Assembly: GCA_047947115.1 (NCBI GenBank)
Contig: CP170459.1
Coordinates: 4,160,001 to 4,224,000, forward strand
DNA: 64,000 nucleotides
Source: Verrucomicrobiota bacterium
GTDB taxonomy: Bacteria > Verrucomicrobiota > Verrucomicrobiia > Limisphaerales > AAA164-E04
Direction: 5' to 3'
Below, in pieces: positions 9,240 to 20,406 of this stretch. The position numbers and the translations under genes were made by a program. The notes beneath the pieces were generated by a model that worked only from the letters and a program-made list of their open reading frames with translations, made no database searches and was not told the origin of the DNA. Each line of letters opens with the position of its first letter. The stretch's first letter is position 1.

Positions 9240-12056
9240 TTATTTCTTGGATTTTTTGGCCGCCTTCTTGGCTGTTTTTTTAGCTGTTTTCTTGGCCGCC
9301 TTCTTGGGAGCAGCTGCAGGAGCGTCCTTCAAAGCTGCCTGTGCAGCCGCCAAACGAGCCACGGGCACACGATACGGAGAACAGCTAACGTAGTTCAAAC
9401 CAACCTTGTGGCAGAATTCCACGCTGGAAGGATCTCCTCCATGTTCCCCACAGATACCCAGCTTGATATCCGGGCGTGTGCTGCGTCCTTTGGCGGTGGC
9501 AATTTCCATCAACTGCCCAACACCGGTTTGATCGATGCTGGCAAATGGGTTGGCGTTGACAATTTCCATTTCCTGGTAAGCAGGCAGGAAGCTGCCACTG
9601 TCGTCACGGCTCATTCCCAGGGTTGTCTGGGTCAGATCGTTGGTTCCGAAGCTGAAGAACTGAGCATGATGGGCGATTTGATCGGCGGTCAGAGCGCCGC
9701 GAGGCACCTCAATCATGGTTCCAACCATATAGTTGAACTTCACCTTCTTCTCCTTCGCCACTTCTTTGGCTACGGAGTGAATCACCTCAATCTGCAACTC
9801 AAGTTCACGGTCAAAACCGACCAGCGGCACCATGATTTCCGGGCAGCACTTGATCTTGTTTTTCTTTTGAACATTGGCTGCAGCTTCAAAGATGGCGCGA
9901 GCCTGCATGGCGCTGATTTCGGGGTAAACAACACCCAGACGACAGCCACGATGACCCAGCATCGGATTGAATTCATGCAATTCGTGAACACGTTTGGTGA
10001 TCAGGTCGGCACTCACACCCAGCTTGTCGGCCAGTTGGGACTGCGCTGCGTGATCGTGAGGCAGGAACTCGTGCAAAGGCGGATCCAGCAAGCGAATGGT
10101 CGCAGGCAGGCCTTTGAGAGCTTTGAAAATACCTTCAAAATCTGCACGTTGGAAAGGCAGCAGCTTGTCAAGGGCCTTCTGGCGGTCTTCAATCTTGTCT
10201 GCCAGGATCATTTCACGCACGGCATCGATGCGATCTCCTTCGAAGAACATATGTTCCGTACGAGTCAGTCCGATACCACTTGCTCCAAAGGCAACGGCTG
10301 TGGCGGTTTGATCCGGGGTGTCCGCATTTGTGCGGACATCCAAACGGGTCACTTTCTTGCACCAGCCCATCAGTTCTGAGAAGTTCTGGTAAGTGCGGCT
10401 CTTATTAGGTTTGAGGGATTTCTGCACCAGAACCTGAATCACTTCAGAAGGAGCAGTGTCAACCTTGCCGGCGTAGATGTCTCCTGAAGTGCCGTCGATG
10501 GAGACGAAGTCACCTTCCTTGAAGACGTTTTTTCCGACGGTCATGGTCTTGGCGTGGTAATCAATCTTTAAATCAGCAGCACCACAGACACAAACTTTAC
10601 CCATCTGACGAGCCACCAGCGCGGCATGAGAACTCACACCACCACGAGCGGTCAAAATACCTTCCGCAGCAATCATTCCGCGCAAATCCTCAGGTGAGGT
10701 TTCGACGCGAACCAACAGGACCTTTTCTCCTTTATCGGCAGCTTGAACACAACGATCGGCATTGAAATAAATCTTACCAGTCGCAGCACCAGGTCCGGCA
10801 GGCAGACCGTTGGCAATTTTCGTGGCCTTCCTGATGGCGACGGAGTCAAAAATAGGAGCCAGCACCTGATCCAGCTGTTCAGCCGGAACACGTCCGATGG
10901 CGGTCTTCCAGTCGATCAGTTTTTCCTTCACCATGTCGCAGGCAAGCCGGACAGCGGCGATACCCGTACGCTTCCCGTTTCGGGTCTGAAGCATGTAAAC
11001 TTTGCCTTCCTCGATGGTGAACTCAAAGTCCTGCATGTCTTTGAAGTGAGTCTCAAGGGTCTTGCGGATTTTTTCGAGTTCCGCATAGGCCTTGGGCATA
11101 ACCTTCTTGAGTTCTGCCACGGGCTCCGGTGTGCGGACCCCGGCCACAACATCCTCACCCTGGGCATTGATCAGGAATTCGCCATAGAACACCTTGTCGC
11201 CGTTGGCGGGATCACGGGTAAACGCAACACCTGAACCGGAGTCCTCACCAGTGTTGCCAAACACCATGGCCTGAACGTTGACGGCGGTGCCCCATTCATG
11301 AGGGATGCCGTATTTGCGGCGATAAACCTTGGCTCGGTCATTCATCCAGGAACCGAACACGGCGCCCACAGCACCCTGAAGTTGCTTCCAAGGATCATTT
11401 GGAAATGCTTTTCCGGTGCGTTCCTTGACCAGTTTCTTGAATCGACTGACCAATTCTTTCATTTGCTCGGCGTCCAGACGTGTGTCTTCCACATCGTCTT
11501 CGCCGGGCCAAAGTTCGTTCTTGTAGCCTTCGATCACGGTTTCGAAAGGTTCGTGATCTTCACCAGGACGGCTTTGAACTCCCATGACGACATCGCCATA
11601 CATCTGAATGAATCGGCGATAGCAATCGTAAGCAAAACGTTCATTGCCACTGGCCTTTGCCAATGCCAGAACGGTTTTGTCGTTCAATCCCAGGTTCAGG
11701 ATGGTGTCCATCATGCCGGGCATTGAATCGCGAGCGCCGGAACGGACGGCAACCAGCAAAGGACGGTTTACATCGCCGAATTTGCGGTTGAGGATTTTTT
11801 CCATGTTGAGAACACCGGCCTCGATCTGACCTTGGAGTTCCTTCGGATATTTGCGACCGTTGTCGTAGAAGTAGGTGCAAACTTCCGTCGAGATAGTGAA
11901 TCCCGGAGGCACCGGCAATCCGATGCGAGTCATCTCAGCGAGATTGGCTCCCTTACCCCCGAGGAGTTCCTTCATCTTGCCATTGCCGTCGGCCTTCTTG
12001 TTACCGAACGTGTAAACGTACTTTGTGTTTTTGGTTCCTGATGCTTTTTTAGCCAT
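9240..12056 (-). CDS. ppdK: Pyruvate, phosphate dikinase
   Basis: [34 protein letters not shown] (phospho-His), [18 protein letters not shown]; extra Lys/Ala-rich tail. Confidence 0.98.
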   Translation of the reverse strand: MAKKASGTKNTKYVYTFGNKKADGNGKMKELLGGKGANLAEMTRIGLPVPPGFTISTEVCTYFYDNGRKYPKELQGQIEAGVLNMEKILNRKFGDVNRPLLVAVRSGARDSMPGMMDTILNLGLNDKTVLALAKASGNERFAYDCYRRFIQMYGDVVMGVQSRPGEDHEPFETVIEGYKNELWPGEDDVEDTRLDAEQMKELVSRFKKLVKERTGKAFPNDPWKQLQGAVGAVFGSWMNDRAKVYRRKYGIPHEWGTAVNVQAMVFGNTGEDSGSGVAFTRDPANGDKVFYGEFLINAQGEDVVAGVRTPEPVAELKKVMPKAYAELEKIRKTLETHFKDMQDFEFTIEEGKVYMLQTRNGKRTGIAAVRLACDMVKEKLIDWKTAIGRVPAEQLDQVLAPIFDSVAIRKATKIANGLPAGPGAATGKIYFNADRCVQAADKGEKVLLVRVETSPEDLRGMIAAEGILTARGGVSSHAALVARQMGKVCVCGAADLKIDYHAKTMTVGKNVFKEGDFVSIDGTSGDIYAGKVDTAPSEVIQVLVQKSLKPNKSRTYQNFSELMGWCKKVTRLDVRTNADTPDQTATAVAFGASGIGLTRTEHMFFEGDRIDAVREMILADKIEDRQKALDKLLPFQRADFEGIFKALKGLPATIRLLDPPLHEFLPHDHAAQSQLADKLGVSADLITKRVHELHEFNPMLGHRGCRLGVVYPEISAMQARAIFEAAANVQKKNKIKCCPEIMVPLVGFDRELELQIEVIHSVAKEVAKEKKVKFNYMVGTMIEVPRGALTADQIAHHAQFFSFGTNDLTQTTLGMSRDDSGSFLPAYQEMEIVNANPFASIDQTGVGQLMEIATAKGRSTRPDIKLGICGEHGGDPSSVEFCHKVGLNYVSCSPYRVPVARLAAAQAALKDAPAAAPKKAAKKTAKKTAKKAAKKSKK

Positions 12057-12158
12057 AATTTTCTTTATGCAGTGAATCTGAAAAAATAGATTGCTGAAGT
12101 CATTCGCCCCGTGCCCCTATGTGACACAAAATGAGCGGGGAAAATATCAGACGTTTCC

Positions 12159-12983
12159 ATGTTGTCAATGTCCGAGTTGAAATCAAAACCTTCCATCATC
12201 ACTCTGACTACCGATTTCGGGACGCAGGACTGGTTTGTCGGCGTGATGAAAGGTGTCATTGCGCGTATCCACCCAAACGCTCATGTCATCGACATCACCC
12301 ATCACATCACGCCCGGGTCCATCCGGCAAGGAGCATTCGTTTTCAGCCAGTCCCACCTGTGGTTTCCCAAAGGAACCATTCATGTCGTTGTGGTGGATCC
12401 CGGAGTTGGAACTTCCCGCAAAGCCATTGTTTTGAAGACCCATCATGGATACTGCATCGGGCCGGACAATGGAGTGTTCTCCTGGGCCCTCGACGAGAAT
12501 CGGGTGGATGGTGTATTTGAAATTCGTCCGGATAAACTGAATCAGGAGACGAGCCAGACGTTCCATGGTCGCGATCTCTTTGCGCCTGCTGCAGCAAAAT
12601 TGGCCAGGGGCGAGGATCTTTACGACTGGACCATTCCATGCCAGGATTTCCAAAGGCTCAATTACCCTGCCCCTCAAATCAATCGGAGGGAGATAACCGG
12701 TGAGATTCTTTACACAGATCGATTCGGCAATATGGTTACCAATCTGCCTTCAGCTCAAATCACTCCCATTTCAGATAGGTTTACCTTACGGAAAAATCAG
12801 GAAACCGAACCGGAACCGACAGGAATCTTCCAGACCTACGGACTGGCACCACCCGGCAGGCGATCACTGATCACCGGATCAAACGGGTATCTGGAATGGG
12901 CCGTCCCCAACGGCAACGCCGCCCTGTCCTGCGGATGGAAAGAGGGAGACCTCTTCCACCTTATCCCGTTACGAAAGTGTTGA
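12159..12983 (+). CDS. SAM hydroxide adenosyltransferase (DUF62; SAM hydrolase/halogenase family)
   Basis: TLTTDFG, VVDPGVG, GPDNG, TFHGRDLFAP, DRFGN. Confidence 0.9.
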   Translation: MLSMSELKSKPSIITLTTDFGTQDWFVGVMKGVIARIHPNAHVIDITHHITPGSIRQGAFVFSQSHLWFPKGTIHVVVVDPGVGTSRKAIVLKTHHGYCIGPDNGVFSWALDENRVDGVFEIRPDKLNQETSQTFHGRDLFAPAAAKLARGEDLYDWTIPCQDFQRLNYPAPQINRREITGEILYTDRFGNMVTNLPSAQITPISDRFTLRKNQETEPEPTGIFQTYGLAPPGRRSLITGSNGYLEWAVPNGNAALSCGWKEGDLFHLIPLRKC

Positions 12984-13000
12984 AGGGGGATGATCTTCCA

Positions 13001-13948
13001 CTACCCGACACCGGGCCGGAAGGTGGATTCTTTACGCAGTTGCTGCCAGAGTTCCGTTTCCCGCTCATTCAGCGTCGTCGGGCATTCCACCTTCAACTGG
13101 ACAAACAAATCACCCACGCGGTCAGAACCAATCGGCAAGCCCTTCGACTTAAGGCGGAGCTTCTGACCATTCTGGCTACCCGCCGGAATGCGAATCTGGA
13201 CGCCTCCACCAATCAAGGGAACACGAATTTCGCTTCCCAGGACAAGATCCCATGGTGCCAGGGAAGCTTCAAAATGAAGATTTCCCTGTTCCACGGTAAA
13301 ATCGGGATGCTTGGCAAATCTTACCCGTAAAAAGAGATCTCCTGCCTGGCTGCCCCCCTGCCCCATCTCACCCTTTCCGGCTAACCTCAGCTTTTGCCCA
13401 TCGGAAACGCCTTTCGGGATCTTCACTTTGAATGTCTGCACATCGCCGGCTCCATTCCGGTTCTGAACTGAAATGGAACGGATGGACCCATTGGCCACTT
13501 CCTCCAATGTCACAAGGATATCCGCTTGCACATCCGCGCCTCGAGCTTGCCTGGCCGCTCCTGGCCCCCGGCCTCCGCCAAAAGGACTGTGACCGCGCCC
13601 ACCGCCAAAAAACTGTTCAAAAAAGTCGCTGAATCCTGTGCCACCAAAATTGAAATCAAAGTCAGGCTGACCTCCGCGAAATCCTCCACCCTGCCATCCA
13701 GGAGGTGGCCTGAAACCGCCACCCTGCTTCCAGTTTGCCCCCAACGTGTCGTATTTCTGACGCTTATCCGGATCGCTCAATACCTCATAAGCCTCATTGA
13801 TCTCTTTGAACTTTTCCTCCGCCTTGGGGTCATTGCCCGCCACGTCGGGATGGTACTGACGCGCCAATTTACGAAAGGACGATTTGATCTCATCCTTTCC
13901 GGCCCCCTTGGTGACGCCCAAAATTTTGTAGTAATCTTTGTAGTCCAC
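13001..13948 (-). CDS. cbpA: DnaJ-class co-chaperone without zinc finger (CbpA-like)
   Basis: J domain with HPD, G/F-rich region, DnaJ C-terminal domain, no CxxCxGxG repeats. Confidence 0.88.
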   Translation of the reverse strand: MDYKDYYKILGVTKGAGKDEIKSSFRKLARQYHPDVAGNDPKAEEKFKEINEAYEVLSDPDKRQKYDTLGANWKQGGGFRPPPGWQGGGFRGGQPDFDFNFGGTGFSDFFEQFFGGGRGHSPFGGGRGPGAARQARGADVQADILVTLEEVANGSIRSISVQNRNGAGDVQTFKVKIPKGVSDGQKLRLAGKGEMGQGGSQAGDLFLRVRFAKHPDFTVEQGNLHFEASLAPWDLVLGSEIRVPLIGGGVQIRIPAGSQNGQKLRLKSKGLPIGSDRVGDLFVQLKVECPTTLNERETELWQQLRKESTFRPGVG

Positions 13949-14107
13949 GTTCCACTCTCTGCAACAACCTGACGCAGACGAAAAAGAAAATCAATAGTGT
14001 GGTTTCATGCTGCGCAACGATTGGGGTGATGCCCATGTCGGGCAAACAGATGCCGACATCACCCGGAGCAGGGAGACGGTTTTAGAGTGTTTTGACAAAT
14101 CAGGGAA

Positions 14108-15670
14108 TCACTCACCCATTGTGACAGCGATGAAAAATACCTCATGCTCGTCAACGGCCAGATTACGCTGGATGATTCCACCATCCCCTGTCACTTCGTC
14201 AGAAATTTTAAGTGCCTTTATATCTGATCCCGTCATGAGTTGATAGTTCCTGCCTTCTTCGGATTGCCAGCTGACAGAAACTTCTCCTCTATCCCGACGC
14301 TCGATTTGCAGTGAGAACGGATTTGGTTTTACTACAGGAATGGGTGCTGCATTTAAATCCAGAATTCCCGCATGAACCGATCGAACAGGCGTTGAAAGTT
14401 CTCTGTCAACCAGCACGTCTTCGAAGACAATGACAAAGGTCCCATCTTCGCGCGCTGCAATTTCCGGATGAACCATACTGGCGGCTTGAGACGAAACCAC
14501 ATCGAACCATTCAACGTTGCCGGGCTCCAGTGTTTGATCCAGTGAGCCAACACGCAAACTGGCATTTTGCTTGGATGGGTCTCCATAAGCCACGACCAGA
14601 CGTCGCTCCCAAGTGGTGGTCGCGCTGACTTTCACCGCCCAATCGATGGGGAATCCGGGCAATACCCCCCAATTAACAACCTGGAAACCGTCCTTGGTAA
14701 TATATCGGGAACCCAGAACAGTCGAATAATCAGCATCATCACCACGCATTTGCCAAAACGGGAGCAAAATGAAATATCCCCTGCCGTCTACCATTTCAAT
14801 GCTTGGGGGAAGATAATCATCCGATTCCGCGACAGGCCTGGCAAGCTGCCTGCTGTAAGTTTTCAGGCGGTCTTCCGATGAAACCTCAGCCGTACTCATC
14901 GTCACGTAGGACTCCTTCGTCAGGTCCGGCAAATCAAGAAAGGACCGTTCCAGCCATCCCACGACAAAGGAGTCATCTTCATCCATAGCCAGATCCACCA
15001 TGGAATGTGTTTCAAATTCAGACCATGACTTCTTGTTCAACTTGATCGGTTCGCCGCGAGGGCTTAAGTCTTTTGAGAACCTCTGAGCCATCACGTTGGA
15101 TGGCCCGAAAGCCGATTCACTGTAAGCCCAGGCAATGACAAAGCCGCGATCCGTTGTCACCTCCACATCGAAATCCGCCAAATCAAGACCTCCCACAACA
15201 AAGTGGATTTGTTCCACATGCTCATGTTGCACAATCAACTGGCCGGACGAATCAAATCGACTGGCAAACAAACTAAACTCGTAGGACGTTGCACCCTCAC
15301 CGACTTCGGGTGCATACTCCATCCAGAAACAGGAAAAGTTCCCCTGATCATCCATTACCACTCTGGAAGATACATCGAGAGGAAGAGGTCGGTCGGGGGC
15401 GTTGATTTCAAGTGATGAAGACAAAGGCTGCCCATTGGAATCATAAAGCCGGGCTTTCCAAGGACGCCTTGGACCCTTCACGTCGCGGTCCTCGTCAGGT
15501 GGCAAGTAATCATACCAAGTCACCACATATGAACCTTTTTTGGAAAGAGCCAACTGTGGGCGAAATGCGTTATCGGCGACCAGACTATCTTTGATGACAA
15601 AATTATTCGACTGAGCATTTGCCTTCAAATGCCCTAATGAACACATCCATAAGATTAGAATGGTCCGCAT
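14108..15670 (-). CDS. Secreted repeat protein, hypothetical (paralog of 16063-17544)
   Basis: Signal peptide MRTILILW...ANA; repeated F/Y-V-V-x-W ... R-F/Y-D-x-x-G units; short C-terminal domain. Confidence 0.7.
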   Translation of the reverse strand: MRTILILWMCSLGHLKANAQSNNFVIKDSLVADNAFRPQLALSKKGSYVVTWYDYLPPDEDRDVKGPRRPWKARLYDSNGQPLSSSLEINAPDRPLPLDVSSRVVMDDQGNFSCFWMEYAPEVGEGATSYEFSLFASRFDSSGQLIVQHEHVEQIHFVVGGLDLADFDVEVTTDRGFVIAWAYSESAFGPSNVMAQRFSKDLSPRGEPIKLNKKSWSEFETHSMVDLAMDEDDSFVVGWLERSFLDLPDLTKESYVTMSTAEVSSEDRLKTYSRQLARPVAESDDYLPPSIEMVDGRGYFILLPFWQMRGDDADYSTVLGSRYITKDGFQVVNWGVLPGFPIDWAVKVSATTTWERRLVVAYGDPSKQNASLRVGSLDQTLEPGNVEWFDVVSSQAASMVHPEIAAREDGTFVIVFEDVLVDRELSTPVRSVHAGILDLNAAPIPVVKPNPFSLQIERRDRGEVSVSWQSEEGRNYQLMTGSDIKALKISDEVTGDGGIIQRNLAVDEHEVFFIAVTMGE

Positions 15671-16062
15671 CGGATGGATGGGACGTCTCCCAATTGGGGC
15701 AAAAAGCAATAATCGACAAATATGTGCCAAAGAGCAATGGCAAGTATCTTGGAAGAAGGGAGTACATTGCATGCAGTATGATCAGCATTATTCCTGCCAA
15801 AAGAAATGATTTCTCTTAAAAACTTTTTGCTTTATTCAGTTCAGCAAAAGGCCAATTAAACCGCCCGATAGCTTGCAAACCGCCACACCTGAACAACACC
15901 TTATCTACATAAACTTTTAACCTTCACTCACTAATTTGGTACTATTTATGCTGAAAAAACCACATGATCCCCTACATGAAAAGTAACTGCTTTTTACGCC
16001 TCATTCACTCGTTGCATTTGTTTGCGGGGTTTTTTAAACATCATGGCATTCCCAAACAACCA

Positions 16063-17544
16063 ATGCATCGAGCCGTAAAGCCATTATCATTGTTTGTCAT
16101 CTGCCTGATGATTATCAGCACGCAGATCCATGAAGCCCAGATACAACCATTCCAAGTGACCGATACCGGAGTGAGCAAGACGATTGCGGTTAGTCATACA
16201 GGCGAGTTCATGGTGACCTGGACAAGAGGCGTCCCAGGCGCAGGTAATCCGTTGCCCATCTACTCGCCCTTCAGCCAATACGGTCGCGTCTTCAACTCTG
16301 ATGGCACACCCAAGTCATCGGAATTCAAAATCAGCGACGACGGGACACATACGCTGGTAAAGACGGATGAACGAGGAAACTACACCTGTTTCTGGCCAAG
16401 CTCAGGCTTCTCTCGACGCATATTCATGAGACGATACGATGCCAATGGTGTGGCGAGAACCAGTGCAGAAAGCATCATCACCAGCGGTAACACGACAACG
16501 TTCGATGCAGACATGATGCCTGATGGCAGATTTGTGGTGGCCTGGAGTGAAAATGACGGAAGCATCTTTAACGGAAGCTCCATTGTTTATGCTCAAAAAT
16601 TTGACTCACGAGGTAGAAAGGAAGGCTCCGTCATACGAGTGACCCCTGAAGATAATGAATCACCGTCCATGGTGAGCGTCAGCATGGACGAAGAGGGTGG
16701 CTTTGCAATTGCCTGGCTGCTGCGCACATTCCCTCCTTTTCCAGCCATCGAGAAGCACATCGCTTTGAAAGTCGCAACCTTCGATGCCGATGGAAATGTT
16801 CTGACAACCCAGGTGGCCATGGAAGAGCGAATTGAAGGCATCCATGAGCATTTGCCTCCCGTGATCAAAAAGACATCCAAGGACGGTTGGATCGTGCTGA
16901 CCACCCACACTGAAAGATTGATTGGCCCGGAAGTTCTCGTTGCCAAAATTGAAGGAGCGTATCAGAAAACTGCGGACACCCCAATGCAACATCTATCCCT
17001 CCCTGTTTCCACCACTTATGGTGGGATCAATGGATTCAACCTAGCACGGACACAGGATGGGCGAATGGTGCTGAACGTCGCCGGGTTGAGCTCAGAACCT
17101 GATGTCCCCCATTATGCAATATTTGAGGACTCACTTCCTCTGCTGGCTGATTTCCACCCGATCCAGGAAGAATCCATACCTTCACTGAACCCCATGCTCA
17201 TCACATCGATTGCAGCCCACCCAGAAGGTACGTTCATCTATACAGCCACTTACTATCCACCAGGATTTCCTGATAATGCCTATTATGCGGTCAAGGCTGG
17301 GGTCATCAGGCCGCCGTCAGAAAACCAAAACACCGCTCCCACCCCTTTTCTCAACTGGAATTCCTCAGGCAAACTGGATTTGAATTTTGAAAGCGATGAA
17401 GGGAAAACCTACCAATTAGTGAGAGGTTCGCAGCTGGACTCCATGAAAGAATCCGAACTCATCGAAGGCACTGGGACGACCGTAACGCTTACCATTAGTC
17501 CGGAACAAAGTACTGAGTTCTTCTCAATCGTCCAAAAGGAATGA
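16063..17544 (+). CDS. Secreted repeat protein, hypothetical (paralog of 14108-15670)
   Basis: Signal peptide; FMVTW, FVVAW and FAIAW repeats; C-terminal ESDEGKTYQL...FFSIV resembling the neighbour. Confidence 0.72.
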   Translation: MHRAVKPLSLFVICLMIISTQIHEAQIQPFQVTDTGVSKTIAVSHTGEFMVTWTRGVPGAGNPLPIYSPFSQYGRVFNSDGTPKSSEFKISDDGTHTLVKTDERGNYTCFWPSSGFSRRIFMRRYDANGVARTSAESIITSGNTTTFDADMMPDGRFVVAWSENDGSIFNGSSIVYAQKFDSRGRKEGSVIRVTPEDNESPSMVSVSMDEEGGFAIAWLLRTFPPFPAIEKHIALKVATFDADGNVLTTQVAMEERIEGIHEHLPPVIKKTSKDGWIVLTTHTERLIGPEVLVAKIEGAYQKTADTPMQHLSLPVSTTYGGINGFNLARTQDGRMVLNVAGLSSEPDVPHYAIFEDSLPLLADFHPIQEESIPSLNPMLITSIAAHPEGTFIYTATYYPPGFPDNAYYAVKAGVIRPPSENQNTAPTPFLNWNSSGKLDLNFESDEGKTYQLVRGSQLDSMKESELIEGTGTTVTLTISPEQSTEFFSIVQKE

Positions 17545-17545
17545 A

Positions 17546-17994
17546 TCACTCCCGAAGGGGCGGCAGGTGTTCAACGCCATAATCCAATAGCAGAAAAAAG
17601 GCACTGAAACAGGTCTCAGGGCTCTCTGGTTTGAGTGCTTCTTTAACAAGGGGGATGAACTGTTCAGGTTTGTCCTCCATGCCCATGAGGAGATGGATGG
17701 ATGCAAGCACGTCTCCCGGCTGACCTGAGGTAAATCCGTATTCAATCAACGCCAGCAGGTTTTGTTGTTCCTCACTTCCTTTTAATTCTTTCCGAACAGT
17801 TGAAACGCTGGCGCCATTCTCCCAATTCAACATAGATTCACTCGAGAGCAACTTAGGTTCTTCAATTCCCAAACTTTTTGTCGAACGCGATTGGCATGCC
17901 TCCAGTCACTCAGCCCCAACCACAAACCAAGCAGCAAAAGAGGGGCTGCGACGATCTTTAAAAGGAATTTTATTTTCCATTTTCGACTGGGCAT
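17546..17994 (-). pseudogene. Frameshifted hypothetical membrane-anchored protein
   Basis: ATG 17994 gives MPSRKWKIKFLLKIVAAPLLLLGLWLG..., which stops early; ORF 17546-17872 continues in another frame. Confidence 0.4.
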
Positions 17995-18039
17995 GAGCGC
18001 ATTATATCATATCATGCATCCAACACAATCGATATAATC

Positions 18040-18426
18040 ATGTCTAACACTCCAGCATTCAAAGCCGCATATCCTTATCAAAAAGCAATTCTTGCCCTGC
18101 CCGTCATCGATATTGACGAGGCGGCCAATTGGTATTCAAAGCACTTTGGCATGTCCGAAGTGGCACGAACATCCGCACCAGAACCGACGATTATACTCGA
18201 ACGGGATGGCGTTCAAATCGGGTTTGCCATAAACGGAGGCGATGCATCACAGGACGGCGCAGCCATCCTGGTGAATAACATTCAGGGAATGAAAGAGGAG
18301 CTGGAATTGACCGGACTGAAAACGGGCAATTCAAGAATCGATGAACGTGAAGGTAAAAAATTCCAGGTCTTCTTCGTCGTAGCTCCCGATGGATTGTGCT
18401 ATTACTTCCACGAACCGATTGAATAA
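18040..18426 (+). CDS. VOC/glyoxalase/bleomycin-resistance family protein
   Basis: 128 aa; LPVIDIDEAANWYSKHFG...FFVVAPDGLCYYF. Confidence 0.8.
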   Translation: MSNTPAFKAAYPYQKAILALPVIDIDEAANWYSKHFGMSEVARTSAPEPTIILERDGVQIGFAINGGDASQDGAAILVNNIQGMKEELELTGLKTGNSRIDEREGKKFQVFFVVAPDGLCYYFHEPIE

Positions 18427-18552
18427 TTCGAACCAACCCAAGCAGTCCTCATGTCAACCGAATGACGGTCAACTGAAGACGGCGAATCCTTGAAACATAG
18501 GGTCGCTTGGGGACTGCGGCGTTTCAAGACGCCTGCTCAGGATTCATACTGC

Positions 18553-20406
18553 CTATTCCAAAACAACTCGGAAAAACTTGTTGCTCGAATCGGCGGACTC
18601 TGAATGCGGGCTCGTTGCGCCTGCTACGTCACTCCATGAACTTGGATCAGACAGATCAACGGTGGATTGCAGTTTGACACCCCCAGACTCCCAGCTTACC
18701 GAGACGGTTCCATTCAAGTTTTGAGCCGAGATGAAAACGCTCAGATCCGCCGGCAACTCGGGAGGAGTGGGCGCTTTGGCCTGCGTCAAACCTTTCCCAT
18801 CCAATCCGGCCTCGTAAATCCCGACAATTTCCTCCGAAGCAAGTGCCCGGGCCCAGAAGCCGAAATCATCCATCCTCCCTGCCCAGAACCCCGGGTCCGC
18901 CTCCAATGGCAGGTTAAAACCATCCGGATCCATCAAAGCCCCAATGGAAATAAACTCATTTCGCCCTCCGTTCACTCCATCGGTCGTATCCAACGAAGCC
19001 ACCAAATGACCATTCAAATACAATCGAGCCTGCCCGCCGGATTGTAATTCGGGATCGAAATCTTCCAAGACGTAGGCCACATGCTGCCAGGAGCGCGTGG
19101 GAAACATTTCGGAATGGCTGATAACGGATACATCACCGTTCTTGGTGCGTGCGCTCCCCTCCAGATGTTCTCCGTCAGGCGTCAGGGCCATTCTGAATTG
19201 TCTTGGGTTGGTCCCTTCGGCTCCGTGCACAGCAATCACGGCTCCATCCAGCAAAGTGTCCGCCCAAACCCAGGCTGCAACTGTGATGCTGTCCGGAGAC
19301 GGGGTTGGATAGCCGGGAACGACTACCCACTGTTCATCAGCCGGACCACCAAATGCCAGTGCCCCGCCAACTTGTCCTTTTACCCATTGGGTGTTTCCTG
19401 AAAAATTGACCAGTTCGCCAACACCGCCATCATATTCAAAATTGTCCGGTACGGGAGCCGACTGACTGGCTGTGGTTCCAGAGGTTTCATCGAACTTCCA
19501 ATGCCCGATCAAATCTTCACTCACATCAAATGCGGGCAAACTCGACCGATCACCGGGGTCGCTTCCCTTGGCCACTTCAAAACCGTCCCCGGATCCGTCT
19601 CGATCCGTGTCAATCTTATTCGGATTGGTGCCCGTGTCGTTTGAGCTGATGAATTTTCCTGAATTGGATTCCACCGAATCACCAAGTACGTCATGATCAG
19701 AATCAACGTTCAATGGGTTGGTTCCACGGTCGTCTGCACTGCGCCAGACGCCTGTTCCGGATTCGACAAGATCGGACAGTCCATCCCCGTCCGTATCGGG
19801 ATTTACCGGATCCGTTTTGCGTTCAAACTCAGCCAGATTGCTCACCCCATCCTCATCGGCGTCACCGTCGGCGTCGTCGGCATCTGGGTTCAGTCCGTTT
19901 GCTTCCTCAAAAAAGTCGGGCATTCCGTCCCCATCCCTGTCGGACAGCTCCGCCTGTTTGGGTTCCAGAACGATGCGATCATATATGTGCTCGATATCAC
20001 TTCCGGCCTGGCAACTGACAAAAATGTGCCATTCCGTATCGTCCCCAAAGACTTCATCGAATGAAGTCCCGGCATCCGCCCATTTACCGGAATTGGAAAA
20101 TGTTGTCTCGACAAAATCCATATCCATCACCCCTGAAATCTCATAGGACCACCCCTCGGCATCTGCGGCAATTTTCACGATGCAACCATCGGTGAAGGAT
20201 TCCAGATCCAGGTCTCCATCGTCAAAAAAGTGATCCGAAGCCCCTCCTCCGTTGCGGTCTCCGGCAACCAGGCCAAATCCGTTGGCACTGGCCGTTCTCG
20301 ATTCCTGACCGAAGAACGTCAGTCCAAAATTATTGGCAGCACGATAAAAAGCTCCATTGTTGCCCCCCGCACCCATGAACAAGCCATTCGCAGAAGGTCT
20401 GATCAT
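18553..20406 (-). CDS. TSP3-repeat + LamG-like extracellular protein, probably 5'-truncated
   Basis: DxDGDGxxD repeats; LIGHWKFDE...WQHVA...LYLNG...GRMDDFGFWARAL LamG pattern; no signal peptide. Confidence 0.75.
   Translation of the reverse strand: MIRPSANGLFMGAGGNNGAFYRAANNFGLTFFGQESRTASANGFGLVAGDRNGGGASDHFFDDGDLDLESFTDGCIVKIAADAEGWSYEISGVMDMDFVETTFSNSGKWADAGTSFDEVFGDDTEWHIFVSCQAGSDIEHIYDRIVLEPKQAELSDRDGDGMPDFFEEANGLNPDADDADGDADEDGVSNLAEFERKTDPVNPDTDGDGLSDLVESGTGVWRSADDRGTNPLNVDSDHDVLGDSVESNSGKFISSNDTGTNPNKIDTDRDGSGDGFEVAKGSDPGDRSSLPAFDVSEDLIGHWKFDETSGTTASQSAPVPDNFEYDGGVGELVNFSGNTQWVKGQVGGALAFGGPADEQWVVVPGYPTPSPDSITVAAWVWADTLLDGAVIAVHGAEGTNPRQFRMALTPDGEHLEGSARTKNGDVSVISHSEMFPTRSWQHVAYVLEDFDPELQSGGQARLYLNGHLVASLDTTDGVNGGRNEFISIGALMDPDGFNLPLEADPGFWAGRMDDFGFWARALASEEIVGIYEAGLDGKGLTQAKAPTPPELPADLSVFISAQNLNGTVSVSWESGGVKLQSTVDLSDPSSWSDVAGATSPHSESADSSNKFFRVVLE

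Noticed and set aside
9408..11726. Long plus-strand ORFs opposite ppdK (also seen opposite the DUF1080 and PVC haem genes)
   Set aside because: Antisense open frames expected from codon bias in long genes; no recognisable motifs.
12159..12983. Fluorinase/chlorinase for halometabolite synthesis
   Set aside because: The TFHGRD motif and housekeeping context fit the DUF62 SAM hydrolase branch; no biosynthetic cluster nearby.
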